Below the pieces are notes generated by a model. It worked only from the letters and a program-made list of their open reading frames with translations. It was not told the origin of the DNA and ran no database searches. DNA of 62,929 bases, the filler included, from Sphacelaria rigidula (lineage: Eukaryota): the NCBI GenBank assembly GCA_964200075.2. It is 11 parts of 11 records of this genome, joined end to end, with 100 filler letters (N's around TTAATTAATTAA, not from the genome) between each part and the next. Parts side by side here need not be neighbours in the genome. Positions count along the whole stretch, not along the records: positions 22,921 to 28,550 come from CAXNAA020025727.1; positions 28,651 to 34,280 come from CAXNAA020025728.1; positions 34,381 to 40,010 come from CAXNAA020025729.1; 8 more parts are not named here. One strand, 5' to 3'. Below, piece by piece: positions 23,250 through 36,383 of this stretch (within the stretch, counting starts at the first letter, position 1; every line of letters begins with the position of its first letter). The position numbers were made by a program, and so were the translations under genes.

Positions 23250-26230
23250 TTTTTCCGGTGCTGCTTCTGTATATTCTATCATGTTTTCCCACCCGCTCTC
23301 CCCGTTCTGTTCTACATCTGGTCTTCCTCTACGTGTATTGATGACCGGGCTACACCCGCTGTTTGTTGTTGGCTTCCTCGTTCTGGGGCCGGTAGGCTCC
23401 GCTTCGGCACGACTCTACCCTAGGACCGGTGGGTGTTACTAATTATGGGAATGCTGAACAGGTGAGCCGGAAAAGGAGTTCTCCTCGCTGTGGCTGCGAT
23501 ATCTATGCGGTATTTTGGTCGTAGGAGGAAAAGGTCTGTCTCGGCGTGCTGGATCTGCTGTTCCGTTTTGTTCCATATATTGTCTCTCTCTACGTACAGT
23601 GATGATCATGTTTTACCCGCTCGTTGTTGCTGGCTTCGTCATTCCTGGGCCGGCAGCCTCCGCTTAGGGGCGGTTCTAACGGAGGCACGATGGGTGGCGA
23701 CGGTTGGAGTGTTCAACAGGTACGTGCTGCTTTACACTGACCGACATATTCCCATCGTAGTGGCTGCGACGCCCGTGCAGTATTTGGCTGTAGGAAGAGA
23801 AGGTCTTTCTCGACCCGCTATACTTAATCGAAGGCCGGACGAATTATCGCTGGTTCGAACAACCAAACCTTGGATTTATGTGGCCTAATTTCTCGAAAGA
23901 GAGGTAAAAGTTGGCCGCGGCTCAAACCATTGTCTACGCTCTTCCGCGCTATTCCACGTGCCCGGGGTGCGCATACTCAGCGTGCAACACTTATATCAAA
24001 GGCCAAGGATTGATTCGTACGGCACGCATCAACTACATAAATATTTAGCAGTTTGCAAAATAACCATTATTCGTTCAATCCTTGGACTTGCTTCCCTGTT
24101 TTGTTTCACGTGTTATCATCTTTTACGTTTATTGGTGACCGTACTACGCCTGCTGCTTGTTGCTGGCCCTGTCTTTATTGGACCGCCAGGGTCTGGTTAG
24201 TGGCGAATGTACCCAAGGCGGGGTGGGAGATGCTGACATTGAAAGTGTCTGGCAGATGCGTATTTCTTCGCGCTGTCCGGTGCGTTTCCGTCGCTGTGGG
24301 TACGATGTCTGTGCGGTTTTCTGGTCGTACGAGAAGGTCTGTCTCGACACGTTGGACTTCCTTCCCCGTCTTGTTCCTCATGTTACCCTCTTTTATGTGT
24401 ATTGGTGACCGTGCCAAAATACTCCACGAATATCGCAGCCACAGCGATGGGAATACATAGACCAGGGCACTGCAACACGCACCTCCTCAACGCTCTCGCC
24501 ACCACCACCCTTCGTGCCTCGGGAAGAGTTGCCCCTCACCAAAGCCTGATCTGGTGACCGCGCTTCACCAGCTCGTTCTTGCTGGCTTCGTGGTTCTTGG
24601 ACGATCAGGCTTTGGTGAGGGGTAGCTCTTCCCGAGGCACGAAGGGTGACGGTGGCGAGAGTGTTGAGGAGGTGCGTGTTGCTTCACACTGGTCTATGTA
24701 TTTTCATCGCTGTGGCTGCGATATTTGTGCAATATCTTGGTTGTAGAAAGAGAAGGTTTGCCTCAACGCCTCGGACATCCTTACCCGTGCTATTCTACAT
24801 GTCGTGTCCCCTCACGTGTATTGATGACCGTGCTACGTCTCCTGCTGGTTGCTGACCTTGTCGTTGCTGGACTGTCAGGCTTTGGCTGGGGGCAGATCCA
24901 CCCAAGGCAGGGTGGGTGTTGCTGGCATCAAACGCGTCTGGCAGGTGCGTGTTCCTTCGCGTTGGTCGACGTGTTTCCGTCGCTGTGGATGCGACGTCTG
25001 TGCAGTACTCTGATCTTAGGAGAAGGTCTGTCTCGACGCGGTGGACTTGCTTCCTAGGTGTGCTTCCACATCATGCCTTCCCCTACGTGTACTGGTGACT
25101 GTGCTCCACCTGCTCGTTGTTGCTGACTTTGTCGTTCTTGGACCAGCAGCGTCCACTTGAAAGCGGCTTCACCCGAGGGGCGATGAATGGCGGGGGCGGA
25201 GGTATTGGTCAGGTACGTGTTTGCGGTGCGCTCGCCGATGTGTTTCCATCGCTGTGGCTGCGACGTCGCTCTGACGATGTATTTTTGTTATAGGAAAAGG
25301 TCTGTCTCGACGCGTTGCACTCACTTTCCCGTTTCGTTCCACATGTTGCCTCCCTCACATGTATTGGTGACCCCACTTCGCCTGCTATTTGCTACTGGGT
25401 TTGTCGTTCTAGGACCGCCATACTCTGGTTAGGGACGGCTCAACCCAAGGCAGGGTGACTGGAGCTGGGAGTGGAAGTATTGAGCGGGTGCGTCTTGCTT
25501 TGCGCTGGCCGATGTGGTTTTATCACTGCGACTGTGATATAGGTGCAGTAGTTTGGTCGTAAAAAGAGAAAGTCGGTCTCGACGCGTTGGACTCCCTTAC
25601 TCGTTTTGATCCAGATGTTGTGTTCCTTTACGTGTGTTGGTGACCGTGCTTCACGCGTTCGTTGTTGCTGGCTTCGTCGTTCTTGGCCCGTCAGGCTCCA
25701 CTGAGGAGCGCTCTTCGTGGTGGCCGTGGGGATCGTGGTCGGGTGCGTGTTGCTTTGGGCGCGTCGATGTGCTTTCATCTCTGCGACTGTGATTCATGTG
25801 CAATATTTTGGTTGGTTGTTGTAGAAGATCTATCTCGACACGTTGGACTTGCTTCCCCATTTTGTACCATACGTTGTTTTCCTCCATTTGTATTGGTGAC
25901 CGTTTTTGACACGTTCGGTCGTCGCTTGCTTTGTCGTTCTCCGACTGCCAGGGTCTGCTTCTTCGGGTCCGCTTTACCCCATACACGAAGGGTGGCGGTG
26001 AGGAGAGTGTGGAGGAGGTGCGTGTTGCTTAGCACTGGTCGATATGTTTCCATCGCTGTTGCTGCGATGTCTGTGCAGTTTTTCGGTTGTAGGAGGAGAG
26101 GTTCCATCTCGAGGCGTTCGACTTACTCCCGCAATTCGTCCCACATGTTTTCTTCCTCTACGTGTACTGGGGAACGTGCTTCACGCGCTCGATCGTTGTT
26201 GCTAGCTTTGTCATTCTTAGACCCGCAGGG
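23250..26230. repeat. Diverged ~270-bp tandem satellite (~11 units)
   Basis: Anchor GTATTGGTGACC-like at ~23335, 23594, 24129, 24399, 24552, 24818, 25089, 25361, 25634, 25890, 26163. Interrupted at ~23810-24070. Confidence 0.92.
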
Positions 26231-28181
26231 GTGGTGGTGATTGGCAGGTGCGTGACCACACCTGTAGCTTACCGTAGTACAGTTCACGTACGTGCCAGTG
26301 GGGACTAGGCTTTACGCCATGCGCATTATATTATATCGAACTCCAACGACGGAAATATTTGTCTTGTCAGTTGTGCCAGAAACGATGAGTCTGAAGTGAG
26401 GCCTGCAAGTCACCCGGAGAAGTGTAAACGAGGAAGACCCCAGTCCTACGAGTCACTCGAGAATACGCCCACACCTAATTTCAATGAGCCCGAGTCCCTG
26501 AGGTCATACTCGGACTCGTGACATGTACAGAAGGTTGGTACCGGCCGGCAGAGAAGCAGTAGTCGTAGTTGTGCTTTTGCAGGTGGGCGTCGCACGCGGG
26601 ACCTACTGGAGTACTTCGTACATACTTGCACTTCGAGATCAGACAATACTCCCAACAGACAGGATACGCTGGGGGAATTCTCTCCAAGCCCTCGGGTCAG
26701 AGAACAACACGTGACGATTGGTAACTAACCCGTTAGAGTTTGAACTATCGGGTGCTCGGTTCGTATTTTTTGTCTGTCGAAAGCGAACACGACAAAAAAA
26801 TAGCACGGTGAGGGTTTCCCTAACCCTAACTAGGTAGAATACTCAGCACACTGGAATACAAACGGCCAGCGGGCTCCAACTTGTAGAAGGATAGCCACGC
26901 CTCCATCCAACGACCCCTGTTTCGGGGACTCTGGCGAGAGCAGAAGCAGGGAGCCCCATGACAGAAGTGCATCACACAGCAAGGTGGATTGGATTTACAG
27001 TGTGTGTTCTGCACGGCGTCAAGTGCTGAGCTTGCCAATTTGTTCACTCGGCCCACGGAAAAAAGCTTCAAGTCGAAACCAGGAACGGCCGCTACAACAC
27101 GTTTGGACTGCGCCGTTGACATATGTTGCGTACAATCTGTGCAAAGCCGAAGGGTGCCCAGCAGTTGTAATGTTGTTTGTCGCCTTTCGATACTATTAGG
27201 CCGTTACCGGTGTGCTCTTACCTGTGATAAAAGAAACAGGCGTTTCAGCTGACATCGTTTAGGGGGTGTGACGTTTTCGTGTTGGGCGTGCGAAATTTAT
27301 TACATTCGTGTCTTTCGTGCGCAGGCTATCGTTCTTGCATGATTGATACGAACGTTGATGCTGAGAGCCACACGGCAAGAATGTTGGACGGCATGATGGT
27401 GGCATGCTGTTTGAACAACTTGCACTCGCATCAACCTGCATTTTACCGTGACGGTAGCTCGAGAGCCGCCGTGGTACAGACTTGCATCTTGTAGCGGAAA
27501 TTGGTTCATGTCCAGGGATCGGGTGGTTCAAAATATTTGTGAACGTGTACTGCTACACTCCTGTTTGGTTATCCCGGTGATCGCGGCACGAGTGTTTTCT
27601 CCCGGCTCCCCTGAAGCGTTTGAACGTCGTGGCATGCACTTCCACGTACTGTACGGTCCCTCACAATATCGTCCTCCAAAGGTAGTGGTTGATAACACGA
27701 GTAATCCTTTTCGAGTAAGTTTCCCCCCCCCCCCTGCCCTACCGGTCTCCGAGCGTGTTCTACCACTGATGAGCATGGCGGGTGTTGTCTGTTCCCCCTT
27801 ACCCCACAACCGTATCCCACAGGGTTTGACCGTGGGTTGTTGTTGACGTATTCTTAGCGTTGACGTAGAGCCGATTAGTTGGACATATCTGAACACGCGT
27901 GTGGCTCAAGAAGAAAGCAAGTATGAGATTGACGAGTTTGGAGAAAAATATGGACAAACTCTGACATTGGGAGGTCGTCGTCACCGTTTTACATGGAGAC
28001 CGTTCTATTTCGGAAGATGAGGGCGAATTCCTCGTGTCGCAAAGATCCAGTCAAGTGGATCTAATTACCGAGAGAATAAAAAACCAGAATCAAGGAAGAC
28101 CTTTGAACGGTACATACACTCCCTCTGTCGAAGTCTGAGGTTTCGAGTGTCAAACCTTGAGTCACGAATCCAAGATATATA

Positions 28182-28550
28182 CTGCCTCTGTCCCATAAGT
28201 AAAGGTACCTAAATATGTACGGGCCCTTAACGATGTCCGATCGTTTCTTTTTTTAATGAACTCCACGGTGTTTTTTGGGTCAAGAAAATGTGTCTAAAAT
28301 TTGCCGCTCGTGCTTGAACCATGCCGCCGAACGGCTGCAAAAAAAGTAGTCGGCCCAAAAATGGCCGTTTATTGCCCCTTTCCGAGGGGAAAAAAAGTGT
28401 CGATTTTGTTTTTTCTTTTCAATCGCCCCCGCCTTCACTGGGGATTGCTGCCAGGAAGTTCCACGCGATAAAATAAAAAAAACGACACTTTTTTCCCCTC
28501 GGAAAGGGACAAAAAACGGCCATTTTTGGGCCGACTACTTTTTTGCAGCC
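28182..28550. mobile_element. Mariner/Stowaway-like element, truncated by the contig end, with an internal inverted repeat (28333-~28425 / ~28465-28550)
   Basis: TA|CTGCCTCTGTCCCATAAGT left TIR. GGCTGCAAAAAAAGTAGTCGGCCCAAAAATGGCCGTTT is mirrored at the contig end. Confidence 0.75.
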
Positions 28551-29718
28551 NNNNNNNNNNNNNNNNNNNNNNNNNNNNNNNNNNNNNNNNNNNNTTAATT
28601 AATTAANNNNNNNNNNNNNNNNNNNNNNNNNNNNNNNNNNNNNNNNNNNNGTTTACGAGGAGGGTGTTATTGACCGTACATGGTCCAAGAAACATAGTTT
28701 TCCTGCTTTAGCGCAGTGACTAGGTGGAATTTCAAAAAAACGATCCTTTTTGAGTCTTGACTTATTTAATCCGGATCGATTCGGTCCACCGAAAACACCG
28801 AATAGCTAGAGCCTAGGATCGTATTTTCGCAGGACCCCCGAAGATCGGTCAAGCCCGTAAGTCGCTCAATATTGATGGCAGATATATTCTCTTTCAATAT
28901 TTGTCTAGATGATCAAAATATCTCCAGATGCCCACTTTTTTGGCATCCAACAGTCACCGTGATGAGCGGTGTCAAGCAAAACAAATTTGAACAATCTTTG
29001 AGAAACTAGGAAATTACGGATTCTGCGTACTTCTGACGCTGACGACTGTAGATGCGTTTTTTTCTTCGGAATATATGATTCGGACAGTTGAAAGCCTCGG
29101 GACGTGGGCGGAGCGTCGGCACTTTCCCCACTACACCTAGTACCGGAACAATATGATTGCCTGTACTTCATCGTCCCACAAAGTCGTCGTACGTGTTAAA
29201 AATCGACCGCACTTTTTTTCTGGAGTGTACCTTTTCTGTTTTTCACTGACGTACGTATCTTACACCAGGTTTGGCGCAACAAAGGTCTCGCAAAAATTTT
29301 GTTCCGAAAGGAGTAGCCGAGGGGGTGCTACGTGCAGTATAGGGAGTAAAATGCACCTGGGGGGAATCGAGGGAATCGACGATCCTCTCCCCTAATGGTG
29401 ACAATCTGACCATTACACAACCGGGGCCTCTCATCAGGCGAAAAAACAAAACAACCATGCGCGGCTCAATTTTTCGACCTTTCGGGGTGAAATTCTTGAA
29501 ACCTTAGAAACAACACTCAAACCTGCCCTGTCACCGCTGTACTCCAAGAAACGTTCGACGGGTACTAGGTTCTATACTGTGTACGATTTCGGCCTCAATT
29601 CGTCCCCATTGAAACATCTCGTTTCCATTTCTCCGGGATCGCCGGTTGACTCGTGCGAGCATGAATTCAACGGGAACATGCCTCGCCAAAACAAGCGCTC
29701 ATTGTCGGCTCGACTCAC

Positions 29719-29957
29719 GACCACCTTCCAAGACATGCCGATGTTGCCCTGACATGGTGCTGACAGCCACGTCCATCGGTGACAGGTCCTCATACAGATA
29801 GGCATATGTAGGAGTGTACAGCACAAGTACAGCACGGCACGGTGTGGTATTGTTCTGCTCAATCCTACACATGCCGATCTGCATGAGGACCTGTCACCGA
29901 TAGAGGTGATTCCCAGCACCATGTCAGGGCAGCATCGACGTGTCTTGGAGGGCGGTC
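29719..29957. repeat. Inverted repeat with ~80-bp arms (29719-29799 / 29877-29957); diverged third copy at ~30164-30242
   Basis: TCCAAGACA.G.CGATG.TGCCCTGACATGGTGCTG...ATCGGTGACAGGTCCTCAT occurs in both orientations. Confidence 0.8.
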
Positions 29958-32900
29958 ATACAGTCGGGCTGACTATGAACGCTTGTATTTGCGGAGAGAT
30001 GTTCCGGTCGAATCCACGCCCGCCCTAGACGGTGACATGTAGATGTCCGCAGCTTGTGCCCACTGCCGCACCGTCGCCAGCCGCGGCTGGATGGGTGCCC
30101 GCACGAATGGTAGCGTCTTACACCACCAGCATCAAAACTCAGATAAATAAAAAACACGAGAAATGACATACCGCACAATCACCTGACATGGTGATGGAAG
30201 CCACATTCATCGCCCGAATGTCCTCATACAGGTAGGCATATGAAAAAAAAAAATCTTCGGTGTTAGGAGGGCTGCCTGTACAGCACAGCACAGCACAGCA
30301 CGGTACGGTACGGGACAGTACAGGACGGCATGGTACCATTCTGTGGTGGGCTACTGTTATTCTGTTACTGACATGGGATGAGCTGCAATGAGGTCGTGTC
30401 TCATGCATTATAATGTCGGAAACGTGGTCCGGAAAAGAGGTGGGTTGTATCTGACACGTCCACGCCACTGATATTCTCTGCCATACAAGAAAATGAACAT
30501 CAGATACGGACAATCTTTGATATTTTCTTCGCCGCATGTTTTCGATACCACAGTTAACCCCTTTCGATAAAACACCGCCTGATAACAGTATTATTCGTTC
30601 GAGTGTGTGATTGATTTTTACTATACGAGTCGTTATTCATAACGACCAGGCCCCAAAAGAAGCTTGTAAGTCGGTCGTGAGCCACAGGTTTCCGAGGGTT
30701 TGAGACAAGTTATCCGTGTGACGTTCAGCCCCGACCCGTTAACAGCAGAACTCATTACGCCAGCGATCCGTCACATTAGGGAACCAATGCTTTTGTATTT
30801 CCAAGAGTTGGTCTCGGGTCGCATCGCGTCATCTTACATTTTGTCGTGAACAACTGCTGGACCAAGACGGGTTTTTTTTTCGTTCCTGAGCACGTCTGGG
30901 TCCACCCAATAGCATCATCGAAGGAATGATCGACAACTCGACGTACTAGAAAAGGTACCGCAGGACATAGTGTCAAGTCACGGGGATCATCCAGAGGGCG
31001 TTCGGAGAGCCCAAAAAATAAGTAGAGGTTTATCGACGTGCCCTTGTCGCTCGGATCAGCTCTCGTAGAGCACCCGGGCGCAGGTGCCTTCAATTTGACG
31101 ATAGCCCTCTCTCAGCTACGCAGTTGCAAAAACTGTAGTTGACGAACATCGTTTTACACGATGAGTTACACAGAGGAGTGGTGACACTAATAACGGTAAC
31201 GGGCGTTTTACGCACTTTTTTTTATTCTTCTGAGGAGTTTTCGGGAACCGGTCTACAATATCCATGACTGAACAGACACTCGTGTTGTGCAGACTCCCAC
31301 ATTCGGGTCTGCTCGGGGCTGACGGTACCAGTTGCCCGCACCGACCACCTCGGGTAAACGTATGTCGTTTGCATTTTCTTCCTGCATCATGGCCACCAAG
31401 AAATATCCTCCCCAAGATCTTATTGCGATCCAACCGGAAAAGGGTACACCGAGCGCCACATTTCGGTGTGTGCGCGATAGCTGCACCGCGAGCTCGCCCG
31501 GCGTGGGCGTAGCCCTCACTGTCTGCATCCTTGTTATACTTTTCTTGCCGCACCTCTCAATCGCTACGAGACCGCCATGACTCTCTTCGCCTATCCGTTC
31601 ATTTATTTCAAACCACGAAGGCCCCGACCCTTGGGAAAGTTGAAGAAAGTGAACACTACAGGACGAATGGAATTTGGAATCACTACTTCCCACCCGCAGC
31701 TTCATCTATGGCGTCCCGAAGCAACTCCTGACCCTTGTTGCACCTTCGGTAGTACCATCAACTGTCTCTAGGGTAGACCCCCTGTGCCCGAGGGTGCACG
31801 GTCTGCATTTCGCTAGAGGGTTAGGGTCACAGTTAGCCCCCACTACTGTGACTTCACCACCCCCTCTCTAACGAGACTGTGACTTGAACCCTGGTTCGTT
31901 TCAACACTACTCCCATGTTCATCCCTCGTCCTGCACGACGGTTAGTCCTTTGACCTCGGGCATTGTTTCGGATGGAGTCATCGGGTGACAGTCCAGGCGT
32001 GTTCACGTTTTTCACGCGGGGGGAGGGTGGGGTGCTCATTTGTGCATGGGGACGTGAAAGCTCCAAAAACGTTTTTTCCCAGACGTCAAGTTAATTATTG
32101 CTTGCCAGAAGTATCGGTCCAAGACACGCCCTGAGCAGCAGTACAAGCATTACAATGGAGACTCTGCGCCAAGTTAACAGGGGGTTCTAGCGGGTAAGGG
32201 GAGGCAAAATATTCGATTATGTTGCAGCATTGACGGCTGCCACAGGCTGGTTTAGGGGGACTGCCCAAAATCTATTCCGAGCGAGGTGCAGCACGCAAAA
32301 CTGACCCGATTAAGAGTCATGACGACCCCCACGAGCACGAGAAAAGTGTGACATGGCCAGATTTGTTTTTGCGTTTTTTGCCGTGGCGCTTGTAGTAGTG
32401 ACCATGTTTCTCGGCCGATCACGGGGCCTTTAAGTTGTTCTGAAATTATTATTGCGAATTTCCTATTCAATTTGGACCTAATCTTATCGCGAATTAGACC
32501 TTAGAGTAATCCTACGGTGCAGGCCGGTTCACGCTCATGACCCAGAATTGTGTCACCAGCAAATGCCTTTCGCAATACTTACCCAATAATCGCATATATG
32601 ACATCAAACTGACCGCCATGGACAGCTGAAGAGCGTGACATAGCCGGATAAGAGTGTAAGGCCATAGTGGTAGCGCCAAGAGCGAAAAGGTATATCGACC
32701 AATCAGTGCCCGTCAAATTGTTCCGAGATCTAAGTTACGAAGTCCAAGCCCAATTCTTACCCAGTCTCCACATGCTTCGAATCATGGTGACCGTCATCGG
32801 CTCGGGAATCTGAAGGAAAGAACATATTTGAAAACGTTCACTACGGGGTCGAATTATACCCGAAACCGTGAAGTTTCGGTTATGTCGGGTGTTGGCGTCG

Positions 32901-33716
32901 TCCAATTTCCACTTATAACACGCACGAAAGACCCAGGCAGCCTCTTGACGGTGTCTCCTGTATCTGTAGTAGAAAAGCTCAGATCACCCTCAAACTTGGC
33001 AGTTCCGTAGGTTTCGATGCTCAAAATGAAAAAATTGTATTTTCAGCGATATTCCATGGTTTTTCCGTTCTTCAACGGCTTCCGAGGGTCCCCGTATGAC
33101 GACCCCCCGGAAGACGGTACAAAATGCCCTAGAAGAAAAATAATAAAAATATTCATCCTCGGATTGTCCAGGGAACACATATACGAAGTTTGGTGCAGAA
33201 ACTCGAAAACCTCATCCAGTTTCTTTTGCCTCGACGTAAAGTTCACCTCAGAAGGCGTTTTCATACGAAAACCAAGTAGTCAGGAGTTGCACGTTTCAAG
33301 CCCACGTCCTCCACAACGCGCAAACCTTCACGCCGTTATTGGGAGTTAGATGCTGAAACTTGGCAAAAATATTCCATGCATCATTACGCAACTTACTATT
33401 TATGATGCTCCTCCACGTCTTGACACTTTTTAACGTTTTTCGGGGGTCCGACGAGGGTTCGAGTGGTTTTTCGAAGTAGTCTACATTTTGGGACCCGGGA
33501 AAACCGGCACGGCGATATTTTTCTTCATTTTTTGGTGAGTAAGCTGTCCCCACATAAACCGAGGAAGAGCCCCACAAACGAGTGTCGCAAAATCGATCAA
33601 ATGATGCTTGAATTTTCATGTTCACGTCAAATAAGGCCCAAGAACGCCGTTATCAAACTAAAATCAACTAGCTCGCGGTTTTAACGCGGCACGTCAAAGT
33701 TCATCGAACAAAAACG

Positions 33717-34000
33717 AAAAACCTCACGCCGTTTGGAGGAGTTAGACCCTGAAATTTTGCACAGCTGTGCTATGGGTCATTACGCAAGTTTGGATGGACG
33801 ACGTTTTTCGAGTTCTTGTTCATTTACCGTTTCACGGGGGTCCGATTGGATCGTTGTATCCCGGGAAAAACTAGGACCCCCGAAAAATGGTGAAAAAGTC
33901 AAAAACTCGAAAACCCCCGACCTTCGAAAGTCGCGTAATAACCCATAGAACCTCTGTGCAATATTTCAGGGTCTAACTCCTTGAAACGGCGTGAGGTTTT
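33717..34000. repeat. Inverted repeat within a larger decayed DNA-transposon-like region (~32820-34260)
   Basis: AAAACCTCACGCCGTTT..AGGAGTTAGACCCTGAAAT.TTGCACAG is mirrored at 33953-34000. Related direct copy at ~33322. Confidence 0.75.
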
Positions 34001-35190
34001 GCCGATGAGTGTTTTAGGGGTGATATGCCTGAAGCAGCCTGTAGAAAGTGCACATTTTTTTACGAAGACGTGCTTGGGGCTACTTGGGGTGTTGGACGGA
34101 TCGTTTTGAGAATCGGCATCATGTTCACTTGAAAAGACTGAGAATGATGCCGATCCCCTGCGTGCGAACACCATGTTTGAGTTGGGGGGCCCAAATTCTT
34201 CAACTTTTAACCCTTTGGGAACTAGACCCCCAGGGAGTGCTGATTTTTGTTATGGTGACTCGGCATCACCTTCAGTCATTNNNNNNNNNNNNNNNNNNNN
34301 NNNNNNNNNNNNNNNNNNNNNNNNTTAATTAATTAANNNNNNNNNNNNNNNNNNNNNNNNNNNNNNNNNNNNNNNNNNNNATGACTATGGCATGCATGAT
34401 CATGAGTACCCTCCCCCCCCCCCGGCGAAAATCCGTCGTGCTCCGTCTCGGCTTCGTAGGGTTGCGAGATCATTGTCTTTTAACTGCGGCATGCACAATC
34501 ATGAGTACCCCCCCTTCTTCCACCTCTCGGGACTAGTTCGTAGTCTCAGGGAATCATTCCATCTCTTTCCGGGTACCTCACTTGAACCTTATTATCGAGC
34601 GTTTGACCAGCACTACCGCATCTCGTCTCAACTTCGGTCGAATCTCTTGTTTTTTGCGGTATATCGTCCTCACGTTTTGGAACGACGGAAGCCAAAAAAA
34701 GGACTCTACTGACGGGATTAGAGTCCACGGAAGAATTCACCCTGAGCGTAGGCCCCACGCTCGGTGTGGAAAAGTTGAAAATTACGAGTGTGTGAAGAAA
34801 AAATAAATGGTTCAGCTTTTTCTCGAGCAAACGTTTGCTTCGACGATGAACAGTAGCCGCCGCTGCCTAATCTCGTGAAGACCTTCGCAAGCCGTACTTG
34901 AAACGTTTCTCCGAGACGCACTTCCCTTTCTCTGGAACCTCAACGTGACTTCACCAACAATCTGCGCCTATGACACTTGATCCGAACTCTCAACCTTTGC
35001 GGGTTGGACTCTTTTATCCGCAATGATACCGATATTTTGAAACGAGTGTGTGTGGGGGTGGAGGAGGCAGAACTGAGAGATGTGTCACCCCTTGGTCCTC
35101 CTGTACTTTCGCGTGCTGCCTCTTCCGCACCCGCTGACTCTCGCCGTGCGCGTTTGTATTGATGAAGGCTCACCGCCTTTCCGACGCCAG

Positions 35191-35369
35191 GGGATCCTAG
35201 ACGTCGGCCCGTGGTGCAGTTTGAGTGGAACGGGTCGGACGAAGAGGAGGGAAGTCGAGCGGTTGCGTCTAGGGCCAAGACTTACCGTGGGATGGCGAGG
35301 GACCGCGGTGGCGATGCTGACCGCCTAGCAGGGGGGGTGTTTCTTAATCATAAACACTACTGGATGCCG
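35191..35369 (+). CDS. FAB1: Exon of a Fab1/PIKfyve-like gene, ending KHYWMP
   Basis: CAG| and |GTGAGA boundaries. Splices in phase 0 to 38529 to give [16 protein letters not shown], the Fab1-type FYVE start. Confidence 0.8.
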
Positions 35370-35412
35370 GTGAGATATATGAATATATATATATACATGT
35401 GTGTATGTATAT

Positions 35413-35877
35413 CGCACCCTGGACAACACGTGGTCAATGACTGTAGTAGACAAAATGTACTGCGTAAAGTATGGGCCTATTGCAACTATTGTCAGCCGAC
35501 AATACTTGCAGCGACAATAGTTGCAATAGGCCCATACTTTACGCAGTTTATTATTATTATTTCCGCACATTCGTCCGATCTCTCGAGCCCGTGGTCACAG
35601 ACGTGGTGCTTCACGCAGTACACTTTGCCTATTGCAACCATTCAAGGGCAGGTCGAGTAGAGTATACTCAATTGCGGGGTGTTTCAAAAGTCGTACTCAA
35701 AGTACACAAATTAGGGGTAGCGTTTTAGGGATCGCTTTCTAGTTACTTTTTGGATACGACTCTAACTCTCTCCCCTTATTTGAATACCTCAATTGCGTCT
35801 TTCAAAATACCCCGCAATTGAGTATACTCTGCTCGACCTGCCCTTGCAACCAGTGGTCGTGTATTGTCCAGGGTGTG
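35413..35877. mobile_element. MITE with C(A/G)CACCCTGGACAA TIRs in an AT-repeat context, with an internal hairpin
   Basis: CGCACCCTGGACAAC ... TATTGTCCAGGGTGTG. Internal palindrome ACTGCGTAAAGTATGGGCCTATTGCAACTATTGTC / GACAATAGTTGCAATAGGCCCATACTTTACGCAGT. Confidence 0.8.
35643..35846. mobile_element. hAT-like MITE nested in the previous element
   Basis: 38-bp TIR CAAGGGCAGGTCGAG(T/C)AGAGTATACTCAATTGCGGGGT and an 8-bp TSD CAACCATT/CAACCAGT. Confidence 0.88.
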
Positions 35878-35912
35878 ATATATATATATATATATAATAA
35901 TAAATATGTATC

Positions 35913-36368
35913 CTTCTTCTGTGCCTCAAGTCTGCTTGGTTATTTTTGTTCGGGTCGTTAACGGTATCCGGTTTTTTTCGTTTTTAATTGCTTTCTTTGG
36001 CATTTTTTGTTCAGAACCTCTCCTTTGTTTTCAACAGTTGCCGCTTGCCCCCCATGCGGCCGAAAAATAGTCATGTATTTGGTCCCTTTCCGGAGGCAAA
36101 AACACGCCGGGAACAAAAAAATTTCCTCGCCGTCACTGGAACTTGACGCTATATTTGTTTTTTTTTATACTCAGAAATACTCGGGAAACAATCGAAAAAA
36201 GAGGCCAAAATTGGGCACATATTGGACTCATTTTTTGTAAAAAACATCTGTTTTGCACAGCATCGCTGCGTTGTATCATCCCTTGCCCCAGTAGAGTATC
36301 GTCACTGAAATCTTCATAGCCAAGTGACCAAATGCCCGTGACCAAGCAGACTTACGGAACGGAGGAAG
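35913..36368. mobile_element. Stowaway-like MITE with diverged 28-bp TIRs
   Basis: CTTCTTCTGTGCCTCAAGTCTGCTTGGT vs the reverse complement CTTCCTCCGTTCCGTAAGTCTGCTTGGT. TA on the right side. Confidence 0.7.
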
Positions 36369-36383
36369 TACACAAATTGTATA

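Noticed and set aside
23250..26230. CRISPR-like array
   Set aside because: The units are ~270 bp and homologous along their whole length, with no unique spacers and no cas genes.
26826..27122. Copia-like VPGFDLKLFS motif
   Set aside because: It is a single weak motif with no supporting domains.
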